This document shows, in pieces, positions 27,384-39,576 of a stretch of 64,000 nucleotides of DNA. Origin of the DNA: Octopus sinensis (taxonomy: Eukaryota); contig NC_042998.1 in assembly GCF_006345805.1 (NCBI RefSeq), forward strand, positions 94,922,001 through 94,986,000, written 5' to 3'. The position numbers and the translations under genes are program-made. The notes under the pieces are model-generated. The model saw only the letters and a program-made list of their open reading frames with translations, had not been told where the DNA came from and made no database searches. Numbering within the stretch: position 1 is the stretch's first letter; every line of letters begins with the position of its first letter.

Positions 27384-29217
27384 GTGTGTATTTCTGTTTA
27401 TCCCCCACCATCACTTGACAACCGATATTGATATGTTTACATCCCTATAACTTAGAAGTTTGGCAAAAGAGACTGAAAGAATAAGTACTAGGCTTACAAA
27501 GAATAAGCTCTGTGGTTGATTTGTTCGACTAAAAGCAGCGCTCCAGCATGGCCGCAATCAAATGACTGAAACAAATAAAAGAATAAATGAATAATAGATT
27601 AGACCCAGTCTGTCTGTCTGGGCAAAACTTTACTCATTAACTCTTAACAGTAATGAATCTTGACCTAAAAAAAAAAGGCAGCCTGATGAACCTTTGTTAC
27701 TCATAGTAAAATAAAATTCAAACATAGTCTCTCTCTCTCTAAAAACTTGTTTTATGTTAAAACTCACATTATTAAGATCATGTGATCAGCAATGGAATTA
27801 TGATTTCAATTTTCCTTACATTTTATTCAGGTTCAACATAGCTTTGTGTTAATGACAGAATATATTGCTGCATTGACTCAAAAGCAATTATGGTTAATTT
27901 CACGTTTACGCAACATGTGTCCATAACAGAATCTTACAGAGACAAAGCAGAATCATGTGTGTATACACTTGGCCTGCAGGAAATAGCAGTCAAATCCACT
28001 TCAGATCATACCCTACCAGTTAAAAAAAATAAGTAAATAAATAATTAAAATGAAATCAGAAAATAAAATAAAAGCAATACACTTTGGGTATTATAGTCTC
28101 CAATACACAATATCTTAACAAGAGTGGGACGGCCACAGCTGGAATACCTTTGATCATTGGTTCGTTCGATCAAGACTGGCCAGGGGGTCTATACAAGAAC
28201 AATAGAATGTTTACAACATGGGAAGAGAGAAAGTATGTAACTCTCTTCAGGAGACAACCAGAGATCATGTAACTTGTGTATACTGGGCCTAAAGTGAGTC
28301 TAAAGAGAAAGGATATTGTGATAGTCCCATTACTGATCACATCAAAACAATCTACACAGCAAGACTAAATAGTTTTACACTCACACAGCAGATTATATCA
28401 AATTCCATGTGACATGCATAACAACCTTAGTCGCTTTTTCTCAAAGCCGTAATTACATTCCATATATAACAAAATGTTCGTAAGATGCATATATCACAGG
28501 GAAAGCAAGCATATTATATGCATTAAAGTTATATAATTTACTTATTTGTAACATTTAGATACTCAACAAAAACAAATAGCTAAAACATTAAATCAACAAT
28601 AATATTCTTTTTAATATAGGCAGAAGGCCAACGATTTTGAGATGAGAGAAAGAGAGAGAGAGAGTGAGTGTGAGGAGTAGTCAATTGCATTGATCCCAGT
28701 ACTTGACTGGTATATTTTTTTAACAAAAGCACAAAAGCATCAGGTAAACAAAGAGATCATTAATTAATCCAACAAAAGTATAGCAATGTCACTTTTATAT
28801 TTGCTAACTATTGTGATTTTGGGTTAATCCAATTTGCATATTTACCTAAAGAATAGTTTGCTTTTTTTCTTATTCACGTAATATAATCTGATATAATGGA
28901 ATACATGTGTGTATGTATGTGCATATATATGCGTATGTGCATATGTATGTGTACGTGCATATGTGTGTCTATAAATATATACATACAAACACATACACTA
29001 TATATATATATATATATATAAATCAATAACATATAGTGTTAGAATGGAAATTTCATATGTTCAAAAATATTAAACTAACATGTTTTGTTAGATGTAAATT
29101 GAAAAAAGTTTTTGATTCAACTATTCAACTAAAATATTCTTAGTATCAGGATCAATAAGATTTCTGAAGAGTTAAATTCATACTTTTCCAGAACATCTCT
29201 ACAGTGTAATAGTGTTA

Positions 29218-29670
29218 ATTATATGAAAAAATGCAAGCAAGAGAAATAATATTCTTAAGATTATAAATATGGAAAAGTACAGGACAAGTTATTACAATTG
29301 GAAAAGTTCGGGACAAGTTATTACATCTGTTAAAGTACAGAACAAGAAAATTTCTACTTAAAATATTGCAGCTAAGGATAAAATTTCAAATAAGATATTT
29401 AGATTTAGAAAATATTAGCTTTTATTAAAGTTAAAAATGTTATTACAAGTTATCACTTCTATTTGTTATTACTTGTGACTTCTATCAAAAATATAAAATA
29501 ACTCAATTAAAATATTTGATCCTTAGCTGCAATATTTTACATAAAAATTTTCTTGTTCTGTATTTTACTAGATGTAATAACTTATCCTGAACTTTTCCAA
29601 GTATAATAACTTGTCTTGTACTTTCCCAGTACAGAATATTATTTCTCTTGCTTGCATTTTTCCATGTAAT
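29218..29670. mobile_element. Foldback-like MITE with ~160 bp terminal inverted repeats
   Basis: aaaatgcaagcaagagaaataatattct / agaatattatttctcttgcttgcatttt; aaaatattgcagctaaggat / atccttagctgcaatatttt; internal ~28 bp subrepeat ggaaaagt.c.ggacaagttattaca. Confidence 0.85.
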
Positions 29671-30415
29671 CCATGTTTCTTCCAGGCTATGCTATTATGC
29701 TAATTAATAATGTGTCAAATGTGTCAATTAGTGGTGTTGTTGATAATTTTTTCCTTACCTCAATGATGCCGGAGATACACATTAAAAGTCCTGTAGAACT
29801 ATATTCATAAAAAAGTATAGAACTATATTATCTCTCAAATATGAGAAACAAACGCTCATAATGTTTTTCTTTTAAAACTTCCTTGCATGAGATTGATACC
29901 AGGAAATTCCTCGAATTGAGCTCTACTTTTAAAGTTTAATTAAAATATAGTTTGTTTTCAAAATAAAAAAGTTAATTATACTTAAATCCAATTTTTTGCC
30001 TTACTTATATTTTTTTCATGATATTTTTACCTCACAACTTTTTTGATAGAAATTTTTGTTGCATGGGATCAAAACTATGAAATTCTTCATGCTTTCTTCT
30101 ATCATTGAAGCTAAGATAAATATATTTTGCTTTTAAAATAAAAAAGAGTTATTTAGATCTAAACTTGACTGGTGGCGTTACTTACTCTCCTACAATGTCG
30201 CTACAAATTTTGGTGTAAACTTTTTTCTACCGGATCAAATCTCAATATTTTTTATACCAAAAATGTAGCTAGGGAGCAGTCCCTTTCAAAAATGTTAATG
30301 GTTTTCCATTTGGTTAAGAACTGAATTAGTGACAAGCTTTGAAAGATGCTGTGTGTGAGTAAATTGTGGCCTTAAGAATATTATTTAATTACTACTGTAG
30401 TTGAATGATATACTA

Positions 30416-31619
30416 TGAGGGTTGTACTGAAAATAATGCAAAAATCGACATAACTTTTTTAACTGACAAAGATCATTCAAAGTGCAAATTTTAATAGAGT
30501 AACTCTTCCTCTATACAAAATTACAATGTAACATAGTCTCCATTATAACTGATGCATTTGCATCATTGCTGAACCCATCCCTTGAATCCTCTAACAAAAA
30601 ATTCAGGTGTGCACTCTTGTACTCATTTCTTCACAGCTATTTTCATCTTGCATCATTAACACATTGTCCCCTAAGACTGTACTTCATTGGTCCAAACAGG
30701 TGGCTGTTGGCCTGCCAAAGATATGTATGGTGATGCGTTGCCATGGTGAATATAAATTTTAGATTCTTATTCAGTTTCTTTCTCCTAATGGTTTCTCTAA
30801 GCACTTTAGGTGACTTGATGTACCACTCACTGTTTGCTGTACAGCTATATTTTTTAAAAATCAAGTAGAATGATGCCATTATCACCCCCCAAAACAGTTG
30901 TCATGACTTTCTACGTTGATAACTTCTCTTAGGTTTCTTAGGCCTTGGAGAAGAGGTGTAATGTTATTCCATGGACTGGGCTTTTGTTTCTGAATCATAA
31001 AGATATTTCCATGTTTCATTTCCTGTTACCAAATCAGAAAAAAAATGTGTCTTCATTGACATCAAATGCTTCCAGTAGATCAGAGTGGAATCCCACCCTT
31101 TTACCCTTTTCACCTTCAAATTATGCATCAACTGCTGAGGTATCCACTTTGTACACACTTTCTTATAACCAATGCCCCAATGCCTACCACTACCTTCTGG
31201 AATGCATTGTGATCACAGTCTGGTTGTGCAGTAAGCTCATGGGTTGTGACTCATCTGACCATGCAAATCAACTCGTCCACTCATTTCAATTAAAAAAAGT
31301 AGTCTCAGCTGATGGTCTTCCACTGTCATGTTTGTCTTCAATGCTGGTTTCCCTTTCTTCAAACTTCTTCATCCGTCTGTGCATATTACTTTTGTCGAAT
31401 GTGTCACCTTCACAAACAACCTATAGCATTTGTGAATGTAGGACAGCCTATATTTCTCATTCAAGAACTCGACATCACATTGCTTCTGCTTGGAACCCAT
31501 TATTTGCCTACTATGAAGAAAGACAAGAGTTATTCTACCAACATGTGCAATTTGAATGACCTATATCAATTAATAAAGAAGTTATGCCCACACTTGTATT
31601 ATTTTTGATAGAACCCTCA
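30416..31619 (-). mobile_element. Decayed full-length mariner transposon, 1.2 kb
   Basis: TIRs tgagggttgtactgaaaataatgcaa / ttgtattatttttgatagaaccctca; minus-strand transposase relic LVTGNETWKYLYDSETKAQSME (cf. IVTGDETW..YDPETK.QS.EW). Confidence 0.85.
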
Positions 31620-34600
31620 TGTATTTACATGTGTAACTAACAACATACAGTTTTATCTATCTGTTACCAGTGGTACTAAATATGTGCTTAAAAACATGGA
31701 ATGTCTTTAAACATAAACTAAATTAAAAGGTAAAAGAAATAAGGGCATTTCTAAGATATAATTAATAAATGATTGCCATGGATGATATCAAAATGAGTGA
31801 GGATAACAATGAATATATCTTTGTATAACACACAGCGAAGAAGTAGAAAGGAAATTGAGATTTAGCACAAACTGCAAGTGCACACAACGTGCAGTGGGGG
31901 ATATTTGGTAGACTAACAGGGAAACAGAACTTTAGTTGCACAGAAATTAATAACAACATAAGCAGCCATGTAATAAAGAATCCAGATTACTTGGATGAGT
32001 CACTGGTTGCAGTAGATAAGTTATGTTAGCAAAATGACATATTCTATACTAGAGGTGAAGCTAGCGATAACTTTAGATATTGGATAAAAGAACTATTTCT
32101 GTCAGTAACAATGGGTACCCCTACTCTCTCCCTCTCTATTTGTTTGTCTGTCTGTCTCTGTCTTTTCTTAAATCTCTTTAAATTCTAATGAGTATTTTTG
32201 TGGGTAACAAAATGCAAAGGATATACAGCAATGAGCGAAAAATATGTTGAGTTTAGTCCATTGAGATACATAATGTTAATACGGAAAGACTGAGTATAAA
32301 TGAGTTGAAAAAGTAATTAGGCATAAAATGTACCAAGAGATTTATAGAGAACTGACAACTTACACATATCAAGTGAAAGAGCACCATGATATGAGGTGAA
32401 AAGAACCTGTAGTAGAATGAAGAACTGGGAAGAAAGACAAAGTGGTTCTTAGAACACTACATCTTACAGTTCAGATGATGCATGAGACAACACGAAGAAA
32501 TGCTGTATTTCTAACTTGTCAACAAATAGCACGGATAATTAGACATTAAAAATGTGATGCTGATTGGGATGCTTATCATCATTAACAAAGATAATAATGA
32601 AGATGGATGATGTTAATGTGGTTAGCAATGACTAATACTGATGATAATGCCTGGCATCAGTGTTGATTTCATTAATAATTAGTTAATATAGACATGTTGA
32701 CATGGGTGATGTGAGCAATACTGTTGTTAATATGATTGATAAACAAGTAATAATTCATGTTGATACACTTAGAATATATATTTGACTTGCAAAAACAGTA
32801 CTGTCAATGACAATATTACAGAAGTACAATGATACATTGTACTTCTGCAATATCATCTACACATGATAAACAAGTCATGAATGGTTTGCTATTTCTACTT
32901 GTTGCTGTGTATATTCTCCAATACATTATATAATACTGTGTATAACACACAGCCTAAGTTATGGTGTTCTCTGTAACACGCTGTCTCTGAATAACAGCAT
33001 GACACTGTCTTACATTATATACTGTATGGTATATGAAACTGTTTCCGTAGCATGTACTGTATGCTACAGCTAGTGATAAACAGACTTTGATCAGTGCACC
33101 GTATAATTAAGGATTTGCTATAACCTATCTGTAACATAGACTGGATAAACACAGCGTGGTACATGTAAGATTGTCTCAGTATATTTATAGAATATGAAAC
33201 AAATTAAATATTGTTTTCTTTTTCTTTTCTTTTCACCAACAGGTAAGCCTTGTTTGAGCTGACCTATGACCAAATGGCATTCCAGCAATGACCACTACTT
33301 TGTTTTCCAAAATATAATGCAATTATCACATGGTCCAATAAGTCATATTTTTACTAAGATGGTGGCGTATGATTTAGCTGCTATTGCTAGTAGGTTAAGC
33401 AACTATGTAGAGGCACTCAGTGTGAACACACTTTTCTGGCCTAGTATTTGAGATATTGTTAAACACACTTGTCTGTTGTCTGGCCCAGCTTCACAGTTCT
33501 AGTACAAGAAGACTCAATGAGGTTTTTTTGTTTCATTACAAACACACACACTTTCAAAGATACTAATGCATTGTTCCACAGTACTCTATGACCGTTGTTT
33601 AATATAAAGTGGTGAGTAGATAGACTGTTCACCGTAGCACAAGCAAGTACTGGATGTCATGAAAAACATGAGCTGGTTGTTTACTGGTAGCGCTATTTGA
33701 GGTGAGCTTGGATGCATGTGTCTAGGGTGAGTGTTGTGCGCGTGCAAATATACGATGGAATGTTAAACTACAAACACAAACATACACACACACACACACA
33801 CACAAACAGACATTGCACAAACATGTAAATACACAAACACAGTGGTATTTTCTATTTCTAGCCCACAGCAGCCTCAAGAATATATGTCACTTTCCATATA
33901 ACTGAACAGAACATATACTTATTTGTATAAATTTGCCTGCCTGCCTACCTACCTACCTATCTACCTATATATATACACACACAATACATATACACACATA
34001 AATATATCTATGTGAATGTGTGTGTTTGTGTTAATCATTGTCCTCATAGTAGAACACTTTGGAACACAAATACAGAAAATTTACAGTAAAAACAAACAAG
34101 AATTGCCAGGATATCGCGCCAATAGCTGTGCATAACCATGATTAAAAAAAAAATATCAAATGTTTCAGGCATGTATCTATAGATTTATATTACATATATA
34201 GATACTTAAATATTTATTTATTTCACAAAGAAACTTATTCTTTGTTCAGCTCTGGAATTCTATCAATTTCTTACAGATTATTTCCAGTTCCTTTCTCTTC
34301 TATGGATTCTTCCAGTTAATTTAACTAGTTCTGCAATGTGTGTACAAATATAGCAAAAAAAAAAAGAAATTACAAGGAATCTGAATGCCCACATGTAGAA
34401 ATATAGATGTTATCATACATGCAAAGTGGCAACCTTTGGCATTGTATGGTTGTGTGTGCATATATTCTTTTATTATTTTATGTGTTTCAGCCATCTGACT
34501 GTGGTCATGCTGGAGCACTGCCTTAAAGGGTTTTAGTCAAAGAAATTGAGCCTAGGACTTATTCTTTGTAAGCCTAGTGCTTATTCTATCAGTCCTTTTT

Positions 34601-35077
34601 GCTTCACCACTAAATTATGGGGACATAAATACACCACCACTGGTTAAGCGGTGTGGGTGGGGGGACAAACATATACGCATAGGCACACAGATATATATAT
34701 ATACCACCACCATCATCATCATCATCACTGATTAACGTCCGTTTTCCATGCTGGCATGGGCTGGACGATTTGACTGAGATCTGGAGAGCCAGCAGCTGCA
34801 CCAGGCCCCAATCTGGTCTGGCAGATTTTCTACAGTTGGATGCCCTTCGTAACACCAACCACTCCAAGAGTGTAGTGGGTGCTTTTTATGTGCCACCAGC
34901 ATATATATATATATATATATATACATGAAGGGCTTCTTTCAGTTTCTGTCTACAAAATCCACTCACAAGCCTGGGACTATAGTAGAAGACACTTGCTCAA
35001 GGTGCCACACAGTGGGACTGAACCCAGAAGTACATGGTTGGAAAGCAAGCTTCTTACCATACAGTCACACCTGCGCT

Positions 35078-35117
<40 letters not shown>

Positions 35118-35492
35118 GATTAATTGGTTTTTACTTAAACTATTTCATCAGGTTTGTGGAAACTAGATTCTATAAGCCTGAGGAAATAGGTTCGTTTGAA
35201 TGGAGTTGAATCAATGTGTTGAATACCACTTTCTTTCATTTGTCCACTTATACACACATTTCTTTATTCCTTTTCTTCATTTGTTTCAGTCATCTGACTG
35301 TGACCATGCTGGAGCACTGCCTTTAGTCGAGCAAATCGACCCCAGGACATATTCTTCCTAAGCCCAGTACTTATTTTATGGGTCTCTTTTACCAAACTGC
35401 TAAGTTATGGGGCCGTAAACACACCAGCATCAGTTGTCAAGCGATGTTGGGGGTCAAACACACGCACAAACATATATACACACATACATATA

Positions 35493-35548
<56 letters not shown>

Positions 35549-35592
35549 TATATATCTGTAAATATAATGTGTGACAGTTATTTGGTAGCCAT

Positions 35593-35653
35593 GATAAAAC
35601 TCAGAGTTTCAGATGTGGGGGCGGAAACCCACGCCAACATCTCTTCAGTTATC
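35593..35653 (-). ncRNA. Type I hammerhead ribozyme motif (variant, probably inactive)
   Basis: Minus strand: GATAA-CTGAAGA-GATGT(...)ACATC-T-GAAAC-TCTGA-GTT-TTATC. Stem I GATAA/TTATC; near-palindromic stem III. Confidence 0.7.
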
Positions 35654-36286
35654 TGGTCATCAAAAAAATGCTATGAAAATGACCGTTAAACAAAGGGAAA
35701 TTACTGTGTGATTGACCATTATTAAGATAAAAGAGCTATTAGAATGACCGTTAAGTGAGGGAGAGAGTAAAGGTAAGGGAGTAAAAATGTTCATAGTATT
35801 CGCATAAGCGCACATGTCCATACCTACACATGCAGTGCCTGCACACCCATGTACATGCGCCTATAAGTATATACTCATCCACCCACACTTGAAACACAAG
35901 TAATAAATATAATTCAATATAATTAGTAAGATTGTATTTTTTATTCAAAATCTAGATTTCTCCCAGAAGGCTGCACCTAAGGGTTGAATGAATTCTTACA
36001 GCTTTTGGTTTCCTATTCCTGCAATAAACCATCCTTACAACACAGAAACAACATTCTTTAAAATTTTATTTAACTTGGGTCATCATCATCAACATCATTA
36101 TTTTAATGTCCACTTTTCCATGCTTGCATGGGGTGAACAATTTTGAGATAGATTTTCTATGGCCAGATAACCCTTCTTGTTGCCAGTCCTTATTTGTTCC
36201 TAAAGGAGGTAATATTTTCCCATGACCAAAGAACTTTCCACAGTATATTGGAAGTGAGTGACAACCACATCAAGTCAAGACAAGAA

Positions 36287-36321
<35 letters not shown>

Positions 36322-36413
36322 CAGTAATGTATCTATAATGACAACTGGAAACAACGCTCTAATAAATGAAAAATATGTAATGATCATTATTTATAGCTTG
36401 TCATATATGTATA

Positions 36414-36645
36414 CAGGGTTAGCCAAAAGTCACTTGACAGTAAACCAAAACCATTTAATTTCAAGATTTAATTATGTTTAACAACTGATTGAATTTAATA
36501 AAAGCATTTAAATATGAAACATCATGAAAATTGTTCAAACTGAAGTCCTTCTTGAGTGACACATTTTTCCATTTGAGTCTATACAGAATTACAGATAGTA
36601 TTAATGAAATTATGATTTCCTGTCGGGTGATTTTTGGCCAACCCT

Positions 36646-36646
<1 letters not shown>
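36414..36646 (-). mobile_element. Tc1/mariner deletion derivative (MITE), 233 bp
   Basis: 27 bp TIRs cagggttagccaaaagtcacttgacag / ctgtcgggtgatttttggccaaccctg with TA flanks; retains transposase C-terminal EKCVTQEGLQFEQ on the minus strand. Confidence 0.8.
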
Positions 36647-36705
<59 letters not shown>

Positions 36706-37978
36706 CATCATCATCATCATCATCATCATTTAACGTCCGCTTTCCATGCTAGCATGGGTTGGACGGTTCAACTGGGGTCTGGGGAGCCCGAAGGCTGCAC
36801 CAGGCCAGTCAGATCTGGCAGTGTTTCTACAACAGGATGCCCTTCCTAATGCCAACCACTCCGAGAGTGTAGTGGGTGATTTTATGTGCCACCGACACAG
36901 GTGCCAGACGAGGCTGGCGAACGGCCACGCTCGGATGGTGTTTTTATGTGCCACCGACACAGGTGCCAGACGAGGCTGGCGATCGGCCACGCTCGGATGG
37001 TGTTTTTATGTGCCACCGACACAGGTGCCAGACGAGGCTGACGAACGGCCACGATCGGATGGTGTTTCTTACGTGCCCACAGCACGGAGGCCAGTCGATG
37101 CGGTACTGGCTACGGCCACGTTCGGATGGTTTTCTTGTGTGCCACCGGCACTGGTACCGCAAAGATACAAATTCCATTGATGTTCATCTATTTTGATTTG
37201 ATTTGATTTGATTTTCACTTGCCTCAACAGGTCTTCACAAGTGTCACAAGAAGGAATGTATGCACAGGTGAACTGACAACGTCCCAGGTAGGGGCCACGG
37301 GTTATGGCCTGACTAGTCTTGCCGGGTCTTCGGATGATGATTTTATGTGTCTCCGACACAGGTGCCAGATGGATGGTGTTTGCTACATGCCCACAGCACG
37401 GAGGCCAGTCGATGCGGTACTGGCTACGGCCACGTTCGGATGGTTTTCTTGTGTGCCACCGGCACTGGTACCACAAAGATACAAATTCCATTGATGTTCA
37501 TCTATTTTGATTTGATTTGATTTGATTTGATCACTTGTCTCAACAGGTCTTCACAAGTGTCACAAGAAGGGAGGTATGCACAGGTGAACTGACTACGTCC
37601 CAGTTAGGAGCCACGGGTTATGGCCTGACTAGTCTTGCCGGGTCTTCGGATGGTGTCTTTATGTGCCACCGACACAGGTGCCAGATGAGGCTGGCGAACG
37701 GCCACGATCGGATGGTGTTTGCTATGTGCCCACAGCACGGAGGCCAGTCGATGCGGTACTGGCTACGGCCACGTTCGGATGATTTTCTTGTGTGCCACCG
37801 GCACTGGTAACAAAGATACAAATTCCATTGATGTTCATCTATTTTATTTTGATTTTCACTTTCACTTGCCTCAACAGGTCTTCACAAGTGTCACAAGAAG
37901 GAAGGTATGCACAGGTGGACTGACTACGTCCCAGGTAGGGGCCACGGGTTATGGCCTGACTACTCTTGCCGGGTCTTC
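36706..37978 (-). repeat. RTE 3' UTR: three 62 bp units plus three ~315-335 bp higher-order units
   Basis: atgtgccaccgac at 36884, 36946 and 37008; gccacgggttatggcctgact at ~37293, 37610 and 37941. Confidence 0.9.
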
Positions 37979-39576
37979 TCACGCACAGCATACTTCCATA
38001 GGTCTCGGTCTCTAGTCATTTCCTTGGTGAGACCTAAAGTTCGAAGGTCGTGCTTCACCACCTCGTCCCAGGTTTTCCTGGGTCTACCTCTTCCACAGGT
38101 TCCCTCAACTGCTAGGGTGTAGCACTTTTGCACACAACTATCTACAGCCATTCTCGTCACATGACCATACCAGCGCAGCCGTCTCTCTTGCACACCACAA
38201 TTGACGCTTCTTAGGTTCAACTTTTCTCTCAAGGTACTTACACTCTGACGATTATGAACACTGACATTACACATCCATCGGAGCATACTGGCTTCATTTC
38301 TTGCAAGCTTACGCATATCCTCAGCAGTCACGGCCCATGTTTCACTACCATGTAGCATGGCTGTACGTACACATGCATCATACAGTCTGCCTTTTACTCT
38401 GAGCGAGAGGCCTTTTGTCACCAGCAGGGGTAAGAGCTCTCTAAACTTTGCCCAAGCTATTCTTACTCTAGCAGTTACACTTTCAGCACACCCACCCCCG
38501 CTACTGACTTGGTCTCCTAGGTAGCGGAAGCTATCAACTACTTCTAGTTTGTCTCCCTGGAACGTGGTAGAAGTTGGTCTCTGCACATTTCCAGTGTTTA
38601 TTGCTCCTGAGCATCTGCCACAGACAAAAACTATTTTCCTAGTTAGCCTTCCTTTGACATTGCTGCACCTCTTATGTGTCCATAGCTTACACTTGGTGCA
38701 CCTTATAGAGTTTCTACCTACACCTTTTTTACAGATCGAGCAGGGCCATCTACCTGAAGTCGTTTGTGATTGGTCCACCTTCCTACTTATTAGGACTTTG
38801 GTTTTGGCTAGGTTGATTCTAAGGCCCTTCGATTCTAATCCTTGTTTCCACACCTGAAACTTCTCCTCCTGTTCTGATAGTGACTCAGCAATTAGAGCAA
38901 GGTCGTCAGCATAGAGGAGCTCCCAGGGGCATCCTGTCTTGAATTCCTCCGTTATTGCCTGGAGGACTATGATAAATAGGAGGGGACTGAGGACTGAACC
39001 TTGGTGGACCCCAACCTCTACCTGGAATTCTTCACTGTACTCGTTGCCAAGCCTCACCTTACTAGCAGCGTCTCTGTACATGGCTTGCACAGCTCTCACT
39101 AACCATTCATCTATCCCTAGTTTCCTCATTGACCACCAGATAAGGGATCGGGGGACCCTGTCAAAGGCTTTCTCCAAGTCAACAAAAGCCAGGTACAAGG
39201 GCTTGTCTTTGGCTAGGTATTTCTCCTGCAGCTGTCTTACCAGGAATATAGCATCAGTAGTACTTTTCCCTGGCACGAACCCAAACTGCATATCATCTAA
39301 GTTAACACTCTCTCTAATTAGTTGGGCTATAACCCTCTCCGTAACCTTCATTACCTGATCCAGCAGCTTGATGCCTCTGTAGTTATTTGTATCTAGGGCG
39401 TCGCCTTTACCTTTGTAGCAGTTGACTATTATGCTGCTACACAAGTCATTGGGTATGACTCCCTCGTGTATCACCTGGTTAACTATACGGGTGACTAAGC
39501 TATAGCCGACACCACCAGATATTTTGAGCATCTCTGCAGTGATACCTGATGGGCCTGGGGCTTTCCCTGTTTTCAT
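37960..39576 (-). CDS. RTE LINE reverse transcriptase (C-terminal 538 aa of ORF2) with inserted C4HC3 finger
   Basis: KAPGPSGI, NYRGIKLL, QFGF, AFVDLEKAFDRV, GVHQGSVLSPLLF, LLYADD, FRYLG, HGSETW, RLRWYGHV and RGRPRKTW motifs. Confidence 0.97.
   Translation of the reverse strand: MKTGKAPGPSGITAEMLKISGGVGYSLVTRIVNQVIHEGVIPNDLCSSIIVNCYKGKGDALDTNNYRGIKLLDQVMKVTERVIAQLIRESVNLDDMQFGFVPGKSTTDAIFLVRQLQEKYLAKDKPLYLAFVDLEKAFDRVPRSLIWWSMRKLGIDEWLVRAVQAMYRDAASKVRLGNEYSEEFQVEVGVHQGSVLSPLLFIIVLQAITEEFKTGCPWELLYADDLALIAESLSEQEEKFQVWKQGLESKGLRINLAKTKVLISRKVDQSQTTSGRWPCSICKKGVGRNSIRCTKCKLWTHKRCSNVKGRLTRKIVFVCGRCSGAINTGNVQRPTSTTFQGDKLEVVDSFRYLGDQVSSGGGCAESVTARVRIAWAKFRELLPLLVTKGLSLRVKGRLYDACVRTAMLHGSETWAVTAEDMRKLARNEASMLRWMCNVSVHNRQSVSTLREKLNLRSVNCGVQERRLRWYGHVTRMAVDSCVQKCYTLAVEGTCGRGRPRKTWDEVVKHDLRTLGLTKEMTRDRDLWKYAVREKTRQE

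Noticed and set aside
30945-31559. 204 aa plus-strand ORF
   Set aside because: Antisense to the decayed mariner transposase; no independent coding signal.
36746-37821. ORFs with repeated CHRHRCQTRL / VPPTQVPDE peptides; CRISPR-like regularity
   Set aside because: They are the 62 bp UTR repeat (not a multiple of 3) read in shifting frames. Units are contiguous with no unique spacers, there are no cas genes, and the context is eukaryotic.
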